Of a DNA stretch of 64,000 nt, positions 62,689-64,000 are shown piece by piece. Origin of the DNA: an uncultured Actinomycetota bacterium (GTDB taxonomy: Bacteria; Actinomycetota; Actinomycetes; Propionibacteriales; Nocardioidaceae). The translations under genes and the position numbers were made by a program. Below the pieces are notes generated by a model. That model saw nothing but the letters and a program-made list of their open reading frames with translations. It was not told the origin of the DNA and made no database searches. Positions within the stretch are counted from its first letter, which is position 1; each line of letters starts with the position of its first letter. The DNA lies in the NCBI GenBank assembly GCA_963708915.1, contig CAVPUJ010000001.1, positions 864,689 to 928,688 of the forward strand. Direction: 5' to 3'.

Positions 62689-63897
62689 ATGCGGACCTAT
62701 CGGGAGCTGTTCGGGATCCGGGAGTTCCGCGTCCTGTTCACGACCACGTCGCTGAACGTGGCCGCGGGCTCGGTCGGCAGCCTGGCGCTCGGCACCCTGA
62801 CGTACGAGGAGACCGGCTCGCCGCTCCTCGCGGCGTTCGTGATGTTCGGCGGCCCCCTGGTCAGGCTCGCGACGTCGTGGTTCCTGCTCTCGCTCGCCGA
62901 CCTGTGGCGACCCCGGTCGGCGATGATGGTCTCCGCCGGACTGATGGCCGCGGGCGACGCCGCCCAGGCGATCCCCGACCTGCCGATGACCGCGCGCCTG
63001 GTGCTGCTCGTCGTCCCCTGGGTGCTGCTCTCGGCGACCGGCGGCAGCATGATGGCGCTCGTCTCCGAGATGGTGCCTGAGGGGTCGTTCGTGTTCGCCC
63101 GGGCGACGATCAACATCGCGGTCGGCGTGATGCAGATCGTGGGGTACGGCCTGGGCGGCCTGCTCCTGCTGACGTTCACCACCAGCCAGCTCTTCCTGGG
63201 GGCGGCGGCCACGTGCCTGCTCGTGCTGGTGCTGGTGCGCCTCGGCATCGCCGACCACCCGCCGCGCGCCAGCGGGCCCGCCGTCCGCCGTAGCCGGGCG
63301 GTCAACCGGCTGCTCCTCGGGTCGCCCGTGCTGCGACCGGTGTACCTCGCACTGTGGGTGCCCAACGGTCTCGTCGTCGGGTGCGAGGCGCTGATCGTGC
63401 CGTTCGCCGGCGACGGGGCGGGTTTCCTCTTCGCCGCCACGGCCGTCGGCATGCTGACCGGTGACGTGCTGATGGGACGCGTCGTCCCACCTCGCTACCG
63501 GGACCAGCTCGTCGAACCGGCCCGGCTGCTGCTCGCGGTGCCCTGGCTCTTCTTCCTGCTCGAGCCGTCGCTCCCCGTCGCGTGCGCACTCGCCGCCGTC
63601 GCGTCGGTCGGCTACTGCGCCAGCCTGCCGCTCCAGGAGCGGCTGGTCTCCCGTACCGCGGCGGACATCCGCGGCCAGGTGCTCGGCCTGCACAGCCTCG
63701 GCATGATGTCGATGCAGGGAGCCGGCGCCCTGCTCGCCGGCGCGGTGGCCACCCTGCTGGGCGCCGACGCCCGGGCCGCGGGCCTGGCCATCGGGGTGAT
63801 GGCGACCGCGTCGGTGCTCGTCACCGTCTCGCTCGTGCCCGGCCTGCGCCGCAGCCGCGAGGGCAGGTCTCTCGCCGTGCACGCGCTCACGACCTAG
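62689..63897 (+). CDS. MFS transporter
   Basis: MRTYRELFGIREFRVLF...; about 12 hydrophobic segments; divergent from the ArsR-type gene. Confidence 0.88.
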   Translation: MRTYRELFGIREFRVLFTTTSLNVAAGSVGSLALGTLTYEETGSPLLAAFVMFGGPLVRLATSWFLLSLADLWRPRSAMMVSAGLMAAGDAAQAIPDLPMTARLVLLVVPWVLLSATGGSMMALVSEMVPEGSFVFARATINIAVGVMQIVGYGLGGLLLLTFTTSQLFLGAAATCLLVLVLVRLGIADHPPRASGPAVRRSRAVNRLLLGSPVLRPVYLALWVPNGLVVGCEALIVPFAGDGAGFLFAATAVGMLTGDVLMGRVVPPRYRDQLVEPARLLLAVPWLFFLLEPSLPVACALAAVASVGYCASLPLQERLVSRTAADIRGQVLGLHSLGMMSMQGAGALLAGAVATLLGADARAAGLAIGVMATASVLVTVSLVPGLRRSREGRSLAVHALTT

Positions 63898-63934
63898 ACC
63901 GGTCCAGTCCGAATCGTCGGCTCATCGGTCACGA

Positions 63935-63958
63935 CTCATGGCCCGAACGGGTCATGAG
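63935..63958 (+). terminator. Hairpin after MFS
   Basis: CTCATGGCCC-GAAC-GGGTCATGAG. Confidence 0.5.
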
Positions 63959-64000
63959 GTCGCCGAGGGCGCCACAGGGCACCGTCGGGGCAGCACACTC

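Overview
High-GC actinobacterial chromosome segment; gene content and sequences suggest a Nocardioides-like organism (inferred). The left end holds the S10-spc ribosomal protein operons and secY on the minus strand (1-11628). The str operon (rpsL-rpsG-fusA-tuf, 31924-36261) is separated from rpsJ by about 20 kb of other genes. That interval carries an Rv3689-Rv3695-type membrane/MoxR/DUF58/SpoIIM/RDD cluster, split by a 6.7-kb cassette of two paralogous secreted Fn3 proteins plus a SARP-type ATPase regulator. It also holds a TetR module next to a gene remnant, a class III aminotransferase, trmB and mug. The right half resembles the mycobacterial Rv0861c-Rv0880 neighbourhood (MarR/MFS, DUF2530, DUF3027, cold-shock protein, helicase-associated WYL protein, XPB). 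Interspersed are a subtilase, patatin, acyl-CoA ligase, a kinase-less PP2C/FHA/RDD-FHA operon, an asymmetric ABC pair, a choice-of-anchor-L-like protein and an ArsR-MFS pair. Other points: ribosomal protein L4 has an extra C-terminal domain, several REP-like palindrome families occur, leaderless promoters are common (one is perfectly bidirectional), one gene probably starts at CUG, and two genes have single-base frameshifts. No tRNA, rRNA, CRISPR array or transposase was seen. All family assignments are by eye from motifs; no database search was run.
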